This document shows positions 37,115 through 47,351 of a stretch of DNA of 64,000 nucleotides, piece by piece (positions within the stretch are counted from its first letter, which is position 1; every line of letters begins with the position of its first letter). The notes below the pieces were generated by a model that had not been told where the DNA came from, made no database searches, and saw only the letters and a list, made by a program, of their open reading frames with translations. The position numbers were made by a program, and so were the translations under genes. Source of the stretch: Candidatus Poribacteria bacterium (lineage in GTDB: Bacteria > Poribacteria > WGA-4E > PCPOR2b); assembly GCA_965116925.1 (NCBI GenBank), contig OZ220744.1:6176001-6240000 (forward strand), in the 5' to 3' direction.

Positions 37115-39109
37115 TCACACCCATACCGTATACATGGGGCGATCTAAGATGATCCCAAGCAGCGACCAACCGCACGCGAAGATATAATCCCCCACAATCA
37201 ATCCAAGAAAAAACGGCAGCGATCGGCGATACGCCCGGGCACCGCCACTCCGCAGAATTATCCACTTCAGTGTCGAGGCAAAAACTATCGTAAACCAGTA
37301 ATCATCGACGCAGCGGCTCGTTGCTAGCGCATAGCCCGCTGGGTGAAATGGCCACCAGAGTAAGGTGCGACGTAAGAAGGTCAAGACAAATGTCAGTGAC
37401 AGTCCAAAAAGCAAAAAGCCGTTACCAATCCAATCCGGTGAGCGAGGGTGCTGCAGCCAATCGGACAATCGGTTGAAGGCATCCCACCCAACCGCTCTCA
37501 TCCCACCGGCGCGCGCTTCGGCACCGTAGCGATAGAGAGCATGCGGAAAAATGATGAACGCCGAAAGGAGTCCCACTACCGTTGCAAGAATCAGAAACCA
37601 AAAGACAGGACGACTTGAAAAACCTGTCTGTTCGGCGATTTTGAAGCCTTCGAGTTGGTGCGGCATAAGGTAGTTTCGCTTGCGATAGCTGAACCAGACG
37701 AAAAGGGATAAGCCCGAAAGGTTACGGGGACCGAAGCTGCGAGTTCCCAACAAACTCACTAGCGAATCTTGCGGGGAAACCACGTGCATGATATGCTCCG
37801 GTACGCCGGATTCAGCGCGGATGCGTGCCATAGCAATACACATCATCAGGAAAAGGAGAAAGAAGGTTACCACGACCCAAAGCGATAATCCCATCTGTTG
37901 AGCGAAAATGCCAAGTAGTACGCTGCAAATCACAATGCCAAGAACCGCACCACGATACCGCAACGGTTCGCGAGAATCGTCTATCCCTGTGCCCAAGCAG
38001 ACTTTTCTGATCACATCCCGCAGATGACGGTTGATCGAGACGAGGGCAATTATGCAGATGCCTAGCACAGCCCCCATTGATTGTTGCCCCAAAAAAGGGT
38101 ATCCCGGAATATTTGACCACCCGGTTATAGCACCGGCAATCCGTTCGATTTTGCGAAGTATGTAGAAGAACCAGCAAGAGATGGACAGATCCAACGGCAG
38201 CAGATAGGTCATGCCGATCATGAAGAAGCGGAAACGGATGGGTGTCCACCCGATAGCGTTCCACGGTTTTTCTGTGAAATAGTGGTCGAGTCGGATACCC
38301 CGCACCGGTATGTAGGGGACGCTGGGATAGAGGTAGTTTAGTCCGTTGATGATGTCGACAACCGCCGCTACTGTAAAGCCAATCCAGAACAACCGGCTGT
38401 GAAATAGTCGGGTTTTGGGGTTACTCATCGAAAGCGGCAGCTGTATGATCGGATAGGTCAGTTTCTCCTGTTCCGTCCAAGGGCGACGCAGGATGACCGT
38501 GATACAGAGCAGCAGAATGGTCATAACTAACACAAGAAATGTCCAACTGATCGCCGGGATTAACCAGTATCGCCAATAATTCGCCCCGTAAAAATCGACC
38601 TCTCCAACGTAAAAATCATGCACGGCTTCTCTGTTGGTAATGATTAGCCATGACGGCAGATGTCCTGCAAACAGATTTCCCCAATCGTTTTCGACAGTTG
38701 CATACCATGTCGTATGTGGCAAAACGCCTATCAACCCAACGAGGCTATCGTAGCCCGCAACCGCGCTCGATGTTGCCAGGATGATGTAAATCACTAGGAG
38801 ATCCTGCTGTGAGAACGCTAGCCAAGGGGAGATTCGACGCGCAACCGCGTTATAACCGATGAGCCAAAACAGGATAAAGATGACATTCAACGGGAGCGAT
38901 ACAGCGGTGAAATGCAATCCGGTCCACACCATTTCTGCCACAGCGATCCAATAGATATTGAGCGGGATGAGCGCGATAGCAAAGACGACAGCCTTCCATG
39001 AAATCCCTTGGGTTTGAGTGGGACCCAAAGCGTTTGGTTTCTCCTCCCGTGCTCCGGTTTGGGATCGAGAATCAGAGGGTTTTCCCGCGTTCCAAGCTTC
39101 CATTGGCAC
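37115..39109 (-). CDS. Polytopic membrane protein, DUF6785/DUF6784-like paralogue; start uncertain
   Basis: YATVENDW, RRPW..QEKL.YP, RIRAE.G, WWPFHPAGY, PFFLGLI.G. Confidence 0.78.
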   Translation of the reverse strand: MPMEAWNAGKPSDSRSQTGAREEKPNALGPTQTQGISWKAVVFAIALIPLNIYWIAVAEMVWTGLHFTAVSLPLNVIFILFWLIGYNAVARRISPWLAFSQQDLLVIYIILATSSAVAGYDSLVGLIGVLPHTTWYATVENDWGNLFAGHLPSWLIITNREAVHDFYVGEVDFYGANYWRYWLIPAISWTFLVLVMTILLLCITVILRRPWTEQEKLTYPIIQLPLSMSNPKTRLFHSRLFWIGFTVAAVVDIINGLNYLYPSVPYIPVRGIRLDHYFTEKPWNAIGWTPIRFRFFMIGMTYLLPLDLSISCWFFYILRKIERIAGAITGWSNIPGYPFLGQQSMGAVLGICIIALVSINRHLRDVIRKVCLGTGIDDSREPLRYRGAVLGIVICSVLLGIFAQQMGLSLWVVVTFFLLFLMMCIAMARIRAESGVPEHIMHVVSPQDSLVSLLGTRSFGPRNLSGLSLFVWFSYRKRNYLMPHQLEGFKIAEQTGFSSRPVFWFLILATVVGLLSAFIIFPHALYRYGAEARAGGMRAVGWDAFNRLSDWLQHPRSPDWIGNGFLLFGLSLTFVLTFLRRTLLWWPFHPAGYALATSRCVDDYWFTIVFASTLKWIILRSGGARAYRRSLPFFLGLIVGDYIFACGWSLLGIILDRPMYTVWV

Positions 39110-39535
39110 TTCCCTTTTTGCTTGGTCAGTTTGGAGTAACTGTTCAACCGTCGATGCTGCTCTCTAGGATTTACGCTGCTGAAATCAGTGATACGGCGGG
39201 TTGCTTGTGCCGTGCGAATTGATCGTTTGACGAGCTCTCACGGACGAAGTTCTTACGTCCGGCTTACCTTGCGCCGTTTTCGGAAGATCTCGTTGCTTGT
39301 ACACCGCTTGACATTCTAACATAGTGTTTCAGTAATCAACATCAAAAATGGTTCGCTCAACCTGAAACCGTTTCTTGGGGAACGAAATTCGCTTCTCCTT
39401 TCAGGTTTACAGGTTCGGTTGAATTTGATATAATATGCTGCATGTATAAGTGTGCCGTAGGCTGATGGATTGTCTGCTGCCTTGTCGCAGTTAAGACTTG
39501 CACAGAAAAATGAGCGATAAATCAAGGAGGCATGT

Positions 39536-40441
39536 ATGGATACATCGTGTTTTGATTATTGCTTGACCGAAGATGAACACCGCGAATTTGAGAAGAACGG
39601 TTTTTTTATAGTGGAGGACGTTTTACCATCGGAGATGGTCAAAGACCTCACGACTGTCGTAGACCGGCTCGATGCCCAATACCGGAGCACGGAGATATCG
39701 CCGGATCAAAAAGTTCATGGCACTATAGACCCGAACCGACCTCCAGCAGAGTTAGTCGGTCCTTATGATCGGCTGAATCTGATGGACTTTGTGGGGAAAG
39801 ACGAAATTTTTCTGGAGCTGCTCGATTGGTATAAGACGTTCCCAAAAGTATGGGGGCTCTTGGGTTGGAACATCCAGCTCTATCACTCCCATATGACGGT
39901 CACTCCGCCGGGGCCACGCGACGCAGCTGAGGTGAAAAAGCGTTTGGGATGGCATCAGGATAGTGCGCGTTTGAATCACGAATTGGAAACGACTCCCCAA
40001 CCGCGCATCTCCCTCAAAGTGGCTTTCTTTCTGACTGACACCACAGAAGAGGGACGGGGCAATTTCTATGTCCTTCCCGGCAGCCAGCTACGGAAAACAC
40101 CCGACTTTCCCTCAGATGGCGTTTCGGATCCTGAAGAGGCGTTAGCTGTGAAGGTGCCGTCCGGCTCAGCGGTATTTTTCGATCGCCGCCTCTGGCATTC
40201 CGCCAGTCCAAATTACTCGGATATCCCGCGAAAGGTGCTTTTCTACGGTTACAGCTACCGGTGGTTAAGACCTAGGGACGACATGACTGTGGATCACTTT
40301 ATGGATCGCTGCGATCCGATTCGACAGCAGCTGCTCGGTGCTAGCACAGGCGGGCACGGCTATACGTCCCCGACCGATGAAGACGTGCCGTTGAAGCTTT
40401 GGTTGGCGGAGCACCTCGGTGAGGAGGCGGTGGCGGCTTAA
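39536..40441 (+). CDS. PhyH-family dioxygenase
   Basis: FEKNGF, WHQD, PGS, FDRRLWH; RBS AAGGAGG. Confidence 0.9.
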   Translation: MDTSCFDYCLTEDEHREFEKNGFFIVEDVLPSEMVKDLTTVVDRLDAQYRSTEISPDQKVHGTIDPNRPPAELVGPYDRLNLMDFVGKDEIFLELLDWYKTFPKVWGLLGWNIQLYHSHMTVTPPGPRDAAEVKKRLGWHQDSARLNHELETTPQPRISLKVAFFLTDTTEEGRGNFYVLPGSQLRKTPDFPSDGVSDPEEALAVKVPSGSAVFFDRRLWHSASPNYSDIPRKVLFYGYSYRWLRPRDDMTVDHFMDRCDPIRQQLLGASTGGHGYTSPTDEDVPLKLWLAEHLGEEAVAA

Positions 40442-40489
40442 ACGTTTATCGCTTTATCTCGACTTTCGGAAGAAGATCCATCCGTTTTT

Positions 40490-40951
40490 TCACGCCTCGT
40501 CCTCCAGATCTTCTTCCGTCATAATTTCTATCCCGTGCCGGCGAAATAGTGCTGCGGTGACCCCATCACTATCGGTGAGGTTGCCGGTGAAAGAGCCGTC
40601 GTATATCTTGCCACAGCCGCAGGATGGGCTTTTCGACTTGAGGATGGCGTGGGTCGCACGATGTGCCTGAGCGATTTCTAATGCACGATAAGCACCCGCT
40701 ATAAACGCCTCGGTTTTGTCTTCACCATCTGCGGTGACGACTCGCGCCCTCCCGTCGAGGACCTCCTCACCATCTCCGCCGACAATCTCGGCAGCCGGTC
40801 GAGGAGTTGAAAGCCCGCCCATCTGCTCTGGACAGATCTGAATCAATGAATCTGCTTCAACTTTGCTCATGACCGCTTCGCTCTTGCTATCGAGACCGTT
40901 ATAACGGCATTTCTCACCGACGAGACACGCGCTGATGACAATTTTTTTCAT
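40490..40951 (-). CDS. DUF523 / 2-thiouracil desulfurase family protein
   Basis: ISACL.G..CRYNG, CPE..GGL..PR, LK.KSPSCG, G.TA. Confidence 0.92.
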   Translation of the reverse strand: MKKIVISACLVGEKCRYNGLDSKSEAVMSKVEADSLIQICPEQMGGLSTPRPAAEIVGGDGEEVLDGRARVVTADGEDKTEAFIAGAYRALEIAQAHRATHAILKSKSPSCGCGKIYDGSFTGNLTDSDGVTAALFRRHGIEIMTEEDLEDEA

Positions 40952-41029
40952 GGCAATTTACCGGTTGAAACCTTGCACAGCTTCTAACCTTTTCGATGTA
41001 GGGAACGCAGATCTGCGTTCCCTACTTTT

Positions 41030-41137
41030 TATAGTGAATTCAAAAGATAAATAGACACTTTCGCTCCCCATGTTTGGTAGGCGCTGTTTCCAACTGCGCC
41101 GATTTGGAGTGTTTCATTAATTCTGAGATCTACTATA
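41030..41137. mobile_element. MITE family D (108 bp)
   Basis: TATAGTGAATTC...GATCTACTATA; near-identical inverted copy at 52540-52647; internal GGTAGGCGCTGTTTCCAACTGCGCC REP. Confidence 0.85.
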
Positions 41138-41152
41138 AATTCAAGTTCACAA

Positions 41153-42991
41153 ATGTCAACCCAATTCTCGCAACTGAGCGAACACATTTTTATTCATCAT
41201 GGCTCTATCAACGTCGGCATTTTGCGTGACGGAAATCGCGCCCTGTTAATTGAGTGTGGTGATGGCAGCGTTCGTTCAACTCTTGATACGCTCGGAATCA
41301 CGACAGTTGATACGGTGTTGTTCACGCATCATCACCGCGATCAAGCATCGGGGGTTCGGATCGTAGCCTCAAGTGACACGCGCATTGGAGTTCCAGCACA
41401 GGAGTGCCAATGGTTCGAGTCGGTCGAAACGTTCTGGAACGATCCACAGATGCGTTGGCATCTCTACAACTATCACCCTCACAACCTGATGCTCGCCGAA
41501 TCCATCCCTGTGACCGAGGCTTATGCCGAGGGTGATTCCCTCCAATGGGGAAACGCAAAAATCCGCGTAATAGATACACCCGGGCACACAGATGGAAGTG
41601 TCTCTTACACGGTTGAAGTTGATGGACTCTGTTTTGCCTTTTGCGGCGATCTGATTTACGATACAGGACAGATCTGGGAACTATACAGTCTCCAAAAAGG
41701 GGGAGAGACAACGGATTATCACGGTTTTCTCGGTGATAGGGGACGATTGACCCATAGCCTCAAAAAAGTACGGCAACGGTATCCCGAAGTCCTGATCCCT
41801 TCACATGGAAAGATTATGCACGATCCGAGCGGGGCTATAGAGACACTCCTACAGCGACTCGATGCCTGCTACGATAAGTATATTGCCATATCCGCACTCC
41901 GATACCACTTTCCGAAACTGTTCACCGCGTTTGAGGGCAGTGCCGGGCATATGCCCATCCGCGATGGTATAGAGGTGCCCGAATTCCTGCGCCATTATGG
42001 AACAACATGGATGATTATCTCAGAGAACGGGGAGGCGTTCGTTATGGATTGCGGCAGCCCCGGTATACTGAAACAGATTCAGCGTCTCAAAGCCAAAGGG
42101 GAGATCTCAGATGTGACAGAGTTTTGGATTACCCACTACCACGATGATCATGTGGATGCCATCCCTGAATTTCAGGAAAGTTTTCCCTGCACAACCCGAA
42201 CCGATTCAATTGTGGCTGACGTTGTAGAAAACCCACACGGCTTCCGTCTCCCCTGCATTTCACCCGCTATCGCCCAGATCGATCATCGTACCCAAGATGG
42301 TGATTCGTGGCGGTGGAACGAGTTCAAGATGACCGCTTACCACTTCCCCGGTCAGACCTACTATCACGGTGGATTGCTCGTCGAAGGACGCGGTGTCCGT
42401 ATGTTCTTCGCAGGCGATTCTTTCACAATGGCAGGCATTGATGATTACTGCTCTGGAAATCGTAATCTGCTCGGTGAAGGTGTAGGATATGATCGATGCC
42501 TCGCTTGGATCGCTGAACTCAAACCGACCCATATCTTCAACTGCCACGTACCGTGTGCGTTTACTTTTACGGACGAAGAGATTCGGCAGATGCGTATGAA
42601 TCTTGCTGAAAGAGAGCGTCTCTATGCAGATCTTTTTCCGTGGGACCATCCCAACTACGGGATGGACGAGCACTGGGTACGTCCCTACCCTTACGAGCAA
42701 AACGTCACCGCCGGCGAGACAGTGACCTTGGATCTGGTTGTTACCAATCACTCCGCACAAGCGCGAATTGCAAGTTGCCGCCCAATTCTTCCTGAATCAT
42801 GGAGCATGGACATTCCCGAACAGACGGTGACCATTCCACCAAGGCAGGAGGGACATATCACCTTTTCGATTCCAATTCCAACACACGCCAACGGCGTGCA
42901 ACGCACCGTTATTCCTCTATATATAACTTATGATGGACGACCGCTCGGACAGTTCCGTGAAGCGATTTTTGTTTTTCCCTCCGATGCCTAA
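41153..42991 (+). CDS. Tandem metallo-beta-lactamase-fold hydrolase
   Basis: Two MBL domains (THHHRD/TPGHT/GD/PSH and THYHDDH/PGQ/GD/CH). Confidence 0.85.
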   Translation: MSTQFSQLSEHIFIHHGSINVGILRDGNRALLIECGDGSVRSTLDTLGITTVDTVLFTHHHRDQASGVRIVASSDTRIGVPAQECQWFESVETFWNDPQMRWHLYNYHPHNLMLAESIPVTEAYAEGDSLQWGNAKIRVIDTPGHTDGSVSYTVEVDGLCFAFCGDLIYDTGQIWELYSLQKGGETTDYHGFLGDRGRLTHSLKKVRQRYPEVLIPSHGKIMHDPSGAIETLLQRLDACYDKYIAISALRYHFPKLFTAFEGSAGHMPIRDGIEVPEFLRHYGTTWMIISENGEAFVMDCGSPGILKQIQRLKAKGEISDVTEFWITHYHDDHVDAIPEFQESFPCTTRTDSIVADVVENPHGFRLPCISPAIAQIDHRTQDGDSWRWNEFKMTAYHFPGQTYYHGGLLVEGRGVRMFFAGDSFTMAGIDDYCSGNRNLLGEGVGYDRCLAWIAELKPTHIFNCHVPCAFTFTDEEIRQMRMNLAERERLYADLFPWDHPNYGMDEHWVRPYPYEQNVTAGETVTLDLVVTNHSAQARIASCRPILPESWSMDIPEQTVTIPPRQEGHITFSIPIPTHANGVQRTVIPLYITYDGRPLGQFREAIFVFPSDA

Positions 42992-43011
42992 TACACCATG
43001 AAATTTGCCTT

Positions 43012-43818
43012 TCAAAATTGTCCTCGACGGAATCCGTAGCGGATCTCGCCCGTTAAAAACTGCTGTTGCTCCGGTGTGACTCGTTCAAGCAGATCTGCCG
43101 GCGGATCGTAGCGACGCCACGTTTGCATGAATGGTGGCGTGTATCCATAGACTAGTGAGTAACGCGGAGACGAACTGGCATTAAGTTGGGGCCCGGCATG
43201 GATCAGTGTTTCGCTCAAGATGAGGACATCCCCGGCTTGGGATTGCAGTTGCTTCGCTAAGGTCTTATCTATGAACTCGCGCAGCGTTTTCGTGGGGGTG
43301 TTCATCCGATGACTGCCCGGCACCACCCAAGTGCCCTCGCCCGGACCGTTGTCGGTTAGGTAAATGAAGGCTTTGCTAAACATGCAGTGATAATGTCCAT
43401 CCGCCTCAAAACTGCCGAAATTCGGAGCAGTGCCACGGTGCCAACCTTCGTCCTTGACATGGGACACTTGGCTGGCGTTTCCGTTTCCCGCTTCGTTTGG
43501 ATAGTTAATCAGATACTGATGCTCCTCAAGGCGCACGTCACCGCCGACTACATCCTGAATAATCGGAAGCAGGATCGGGTGCATCGCCGTTTCTAGCAGA
43601 TGCGGATGATACCAAGCACACCGTGAGAGAACGGTAAGCGTCGGAGTTTTCGGATAGCCATCGTGCTTATAGGTGCACCCGTCATCGGCGTCCATCTGGT
43701 CTGCCAGATCGATGAGACGCTGAGTTTCCTCCGGACTGAAGATCCCCTTGAGCAGCACGTAGCCGTTTACGTCGTAGAAATAGCGTTGTGCTGGCGTCAG
43801 TTTTGCGTTGGTTTCCAT
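43012..43818 (-). CDS. PhyH-family Fe(II)/2OG enzyme with H-x-G motif
   Basis: YD.NGY..LK, WHRG, YLTD, VVPGSH, AGD..I.SE.LIH, R. Confidence 0.82.
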   Translation of the reverse strand: METNAKLTPAQRYFYDVNGYVLLKGIFSPEETQRLIDLADQMDADDGCTYKHDGYPKTPTLTVLSRCAWYHPHLLETAMHPILLPIIQDVVGGDVRLEEHQYLINYPNEAGNGNASQVSHVKDEGWHRGTAPNFGSFEADGHYHCMFSKAFIYLTDNGPGEGTWVVPGSHRMNTPTKTLREFIDKTLAKQLQSQAGDVLILSETLIHAGPQLNASSSPRYSLVYGYTPPFMQTWRRYDPPADLLERVTPEQQQFLTGEIRYGFRRGQF

Positions 43819-43855
43819 TTCGATCTACCTCTCTTTAATTCGGTTAATCTCTCCC

Positions 43856-44779
43856 TTATTGGATTGGGGCTGCGTTTTCGGCGATATACCGCTCAACCTC
43901 ATCTTGTTCCACGCAACCCACAAAGGTCCCTCCCGGACCGACATAGTAGAAATTCTCCGCGTACTCGAGCCCGTACTCCCGACCGATTTCTCTATACGCC
44001 TTTAAACCAAACAGTCTGATGTACGCGCGGTCTGCCATCTCATCATCGCCATCGAGTGCCGGTAGATGCAGTCCCTGTTTTGCGAGTCGCGCCTTGAGTT
44101 TGGATCCGCTTGAGCCTGCCGGTCCCTGCGATTTGTTGACACTCATGGAAGCCACCTTCTCCCCCATATAATCGCTGATGTCCACTACCCGATTGTACGG
44201 CTGTCCCTCACGTGCAACCCAATAATACTGCTCTGTCACCGTATGAGGTGCGATTCCGAGTGCCACCTGTTCGGGATAATCCTTGCCCATGCCAGCCATC
44301 CAGCGTGCAGCTTCGACCGCTTGTGCGGTTACATAGTGATCTGGGTTCTCCTCGTTGTGTCCCCAAGGGTTGAAGGTGAACACAGTGTCAACCTTCAGGG
44401 CACGAAAAAGGAAAACCAATCGCGCCCTCAATTCTAACGGTGACGCTTCATCGAGACGGTGGTTCCGGTATCCAAGATTGAAAACCCCCTTGAGTTCCAA
44501 CACCTTCGCCAATTCGTCAACCTCACGTTCGTTGCTCAAGATAGTTTCACCGATGCTTGAGGTCGGTCCGCACTTCTCATCGTTGGTGGTCTGGATGATA
44601 TAGCCGGTGTAACCTTCTGCGATGAATTTGGCGATTGTACCGCCACAGAAGAGCGGGATGTCGTCCGCATGTGGTTGAACTGCGGCAAGCACCTTGCCCT
44701 TATGGGGTTGACCCGCTACGGGGCGTTCGATAATGACATTCCCGATTTCTGTTTCTTTATTCTCTGTGGCTGTGGACAT
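43856..44779 (-). CDS. PIG-L/LmbE family deacetylase
   Basis: PHADD, GGT, E.NPDH, SQ. Confidence 0.88.
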   Translation of the reverse strand: MSTATENKETEIGNVIIERPVAGQPHKGKVLAAVQPHADDIPLFCGGTIAKFIAEGYTGYIIQTTNDEKCGPTSSIGETILSNEREVDELAKVLELKGVFNLGYRNHRLDEASPLELRARLVFLFRALKVDTVFTFNPWGHNEENPDHYVTAQAVEAARWMAGMGKDYPEQVALGIAPHTVTEQYYWVAREGQPYNRVVDISDYMGEKVASMSVNKSQGPAGSSGSKLKARLAKQGLHLPALDGDDEMADRAYIRLFGLKAYREIGREYGLEYAENFYYVGPGGTFVGCVEQDEVERYIAENAAPIQ

Positions 44780-45026
44780 TGTTCTCTCCTCGATTGTGCC
44801 GTACAAGATCGGATAGAGGGTTTCTGAGATAGCACGAGATTTATTGATTATGGGGTAACATTATGATCTATTTTAACGCTAAACGCGGCTAGTATGGATA
44901 CGTGATGTTCCTGAAGATTTTCTAATGTGGGAACGTACCGATTAGAAACGGTTCAGTTTTGTCCTCGCTGTCTGGAGTAGCCTTTGCTCCCTCCGTTGTA
45001 GAATATGTGTCAGGTGTTGAAGAGCG

Positions 45027-45896
45027 TTATGTATCCCTTAAATTTTTGTCGTACCAAAATCTTTCAGGCTTCCATTTGTTGCCTATTAACTCAATCTCGA
45101 TGCTGTCGTTTTCTGGTGGCCACTTCTTCAGTCTTAGAAACGGTACTGAAGGCAGAAGTTCAATTGGGAATTTGTACACAGGATCCGGGTGTAGGATACC
45201 AACTACGAATGCGTTAACAGGAGAAATACTAAGTAGCAGGATTGCTGAAATACTCCGTCTGCACGATTCCAATTTCCCATTTTTCAATCGAAAAAAGGTA
45301 CACTTGTCCAGATCTATTACCAATCTACCACTCGGAATTGCAATTCGCGTTCCGCCTGTCAGTAAATTTTCTCCACCTTCCATGCCTAAAAGACCGAGAG
45401 CTTCGGCATGTTCACTGGTTATTACCAGAATTCTAGGACAGTTATATCTAGACATCTGGAATGCTTTTTGGGATGCCTTAGCACGTAATAGGTTGGTTAT
45501 CATGCTGTAATGATAACCAAAACTAGTTTCGGGGAGCTCATTTGGTACGCCCGATTTACAAGTGACAGATTCTGGATCAAGACCGGTGACTTCAGTTACA
45601 AATTCAGCTTTACCTGTTTTACACCGAAAATCTACACCACCTTTACCTACATCTTCCTCCACCTGAACATCAAGGTGATTTGCTTCAAAAAAAGAGTATA
45701 CGACTGCTTCAGCCCGTGCACTTTCGGGTTGATCTCGCAAACGCCTGCAGAAAGATCTAACATGGTTAGGATAGTTGACCTCTAAAAAATTTTTATAGTT
45801 GTCAACCAAAGTTGGAACTTTTGTTTTAGCTGAAAAAAGTTTACAGATATCAATTATGTCTTTATCAGCTATGTCTTCTGCTGAAAACATGATCAT
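45027..45896 (-). CDS. Hypothetical AT-rich protein, possible PD-(D/E)xK-like fold
   Basis: ATGA overlap with the upstream J-domain gene; AE..V..F...VDF.C....F..EVT pattern. Confidence 0.6.
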   Translation of the reverse strand: MIMFSAEDIADKDIIDICKLFSAKTKVPTLVDNYKNFLEVNYPNHVRSFCRRLRDQPESARAEAVVYSFFEANHLDVQVEEDVGKGGVDFRCKTGKAEFVTEVTGLDPESVTCKSGVPNELPETSFGYHYSMITNLLRAKASQKAFQMSRYNCPRILVITSEHAEALGLLGMEGGENLLTGGTRIAIPSGRLVIDLDKCTFFRLKNGKLESCRRSISAILLLSISPVNAFVVGILHPDPVYKFPIELLPSVPFLRLKKWPPENDSIEIELIGNKWKPERFWYDKNLRDT

Positions 45897-46744
45897 TTCC
45901 TCCGACGAACAGAATTTACAAACTCTGTGAGAGATTTTGCAATAACGATGATTATTAGAGTAGGTATCGCTGCCATTAAAATAAAAGGGATTAAACCAAC
46001 ACATGGGATACCTAAGAAAAGGAGACTCACAACTACGACCGATAGTTGATCAGTCATCATAGATATAGTGCAAACAATCGCGTAGGTCGCATAGAGAGCA
46101 ATAAACTGTTTTCCGTAGGTTTTCTTTCTACCAGTCCCGGATCTGGTGGGTTCTGTCGGGTAGTTTGTTGCTATATAATGGAATGCCAAGTAATGGAATG
46201 CGTAGTAGAATCCAAGTGAATTTATTGAAAAACCAATAAGGGCAAAGGGAAAGGTAAGATAGAGAGGATCGCTACCCTTTCTTAGGATGATTGTTCCATC
46301 GGACCAATCGACCATGGCTAATGAGGTTAGGACTAAGTTTATTGGAAAAAGTGCTATGCAAAAGTTGCGAATATTTTTCCGTTCTGCCTTTTTCTTGGCT
46401 TTTTGTGCGGCTTCTTCCTGTGCACGGCGATGGGTTTCTTCAGCGTATTTCCGTTGAGCTTCAGCTTCTGCGTGTCTGCGAGCAGATTCTTCCTCGGCAC
46501 GTTTTCGGGCAGCTTCCGCTTCAGCCTGTTTTTGTCGTGTTGTGGCCTCTGTCTGTTGATACACATCATTATTCAAGATAAACTCGTAGGCATCGTGAAT
46601 TATCCGAAACATCGCTGTAGCGTTTGGGGCGGAATTTTTATCCGGATGGTAAATTCTTGCTAGCTTGCGATAAGCATTCCTAGCCTCATCCAGCGACGCA
46701 TCCGAATCTAACCCTAATATTTCAAGTGCCTCTCTGCGTGTCAT
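45893..46744 (-). CDS. DnaJ (J-domain) protein with coiled coil and C-terminal TM helices
   Basis: ALEILGL, AYRKLA..YHPDKN, F..I..AYE. Confidence 0.88.
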   Translation of the reverse strand: MTRREALEILGLDSDASLDEARNAYRKLARIYHPDKNSAPNATAMFRIIHDAYEFILNNDVYQQTEATTRQKQAEAEAARKRAEEESARRHAEAEAQRKYAEETHRRAQEEAAQKAKKKAERKNIRNFCIALFPINLVLTSLAMVDWSDGTIILRKGSDPLYLTFPFALIGFSINSLGFYYAFHYLAFHYIATNYPTEPTRSGTGRKKTYGKQFIALYATYAIVCTISMMTDQLSVVVVSLLFLGIPCVGLIPFILMAAIPTLIIIVIAKSLTEFVNSVRRRK

Positions 46745-46807
46745 GTTGGAGTTCTCCGTTGGTTATGCTGTATCACATAACCCGAGGTTCCACCGTACGG
46801 ACTGGCT

Positions 46808-46901
46808 GTAGTTGCCCGATTTATCGGGCGTTGAAAACGGTGCCTTACGGCGATAAATCGCCGAACTACAGGGCTTTGAAAGCTTAACTGCGTAAACCCT
46901 A
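46808..46901. mobile_element. Partial MITE family A with REP doublet
   Basis: Reverse complement TAGGGTTTACGCAGTTAAG..TCAAA.CC.TGTAGTTCGGCGATTTATCGCC matches 5419-5471. Confidence 0.65.
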
Positions 46902-47004
46902 TAGTTATAGATATTCGGTAATTCCTGTTTGAAAATCCATGGGAATTCTTTTGTAAGGTTAAGAGGTCTTATTATGATTGAAAATGAACACGAACTAAAA
47001 ATAT

Positions 47005-47122
47005 CGCAGCTCGGTTGGTTTCGCCGATTGACTTTGGACTATGAACGCTCCGCTGAGACCGCTGAGGCTATGGTGTACATTGCTTCCAAAACCGTATCAA
47101 ATGACTTTTAAAACAGGTTCTA
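47005..47122 (+). pseudogene. IS5-family transposase C-terminal remnant with right TIR
   Basis: LGWFRRLTLDYERSAETAEAMVYIA; terminal TTTTAAAACAGGTTCTA. Confidence 0.7.
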
Positions 47123-47351
47123 GGTAAAAGGGGACGCCCCTTCAGGGTAAGCAGATGTAAATCGAAGATCTACCAAGTTGCTTTGAATCCCGATCGCAAC
47201 ATCGGAGGAACCCCTTCTTCCACGATATAGAAAGACTTTCTCTACCTCCACGAAAAAAAGAAAGAGAGAAAAACAACGGTTACACACCTTTGTCTTTGCT
47301 CGTTTTCTCACTTTCTCAACTGCATGCTTACTGCTTTTACGCTTACTCTTG

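Noticed and set aside
46929..47111. 60-aa ORF as a functional gene
   Set aside because: Only an IS5 transposase tail with no catalytic core
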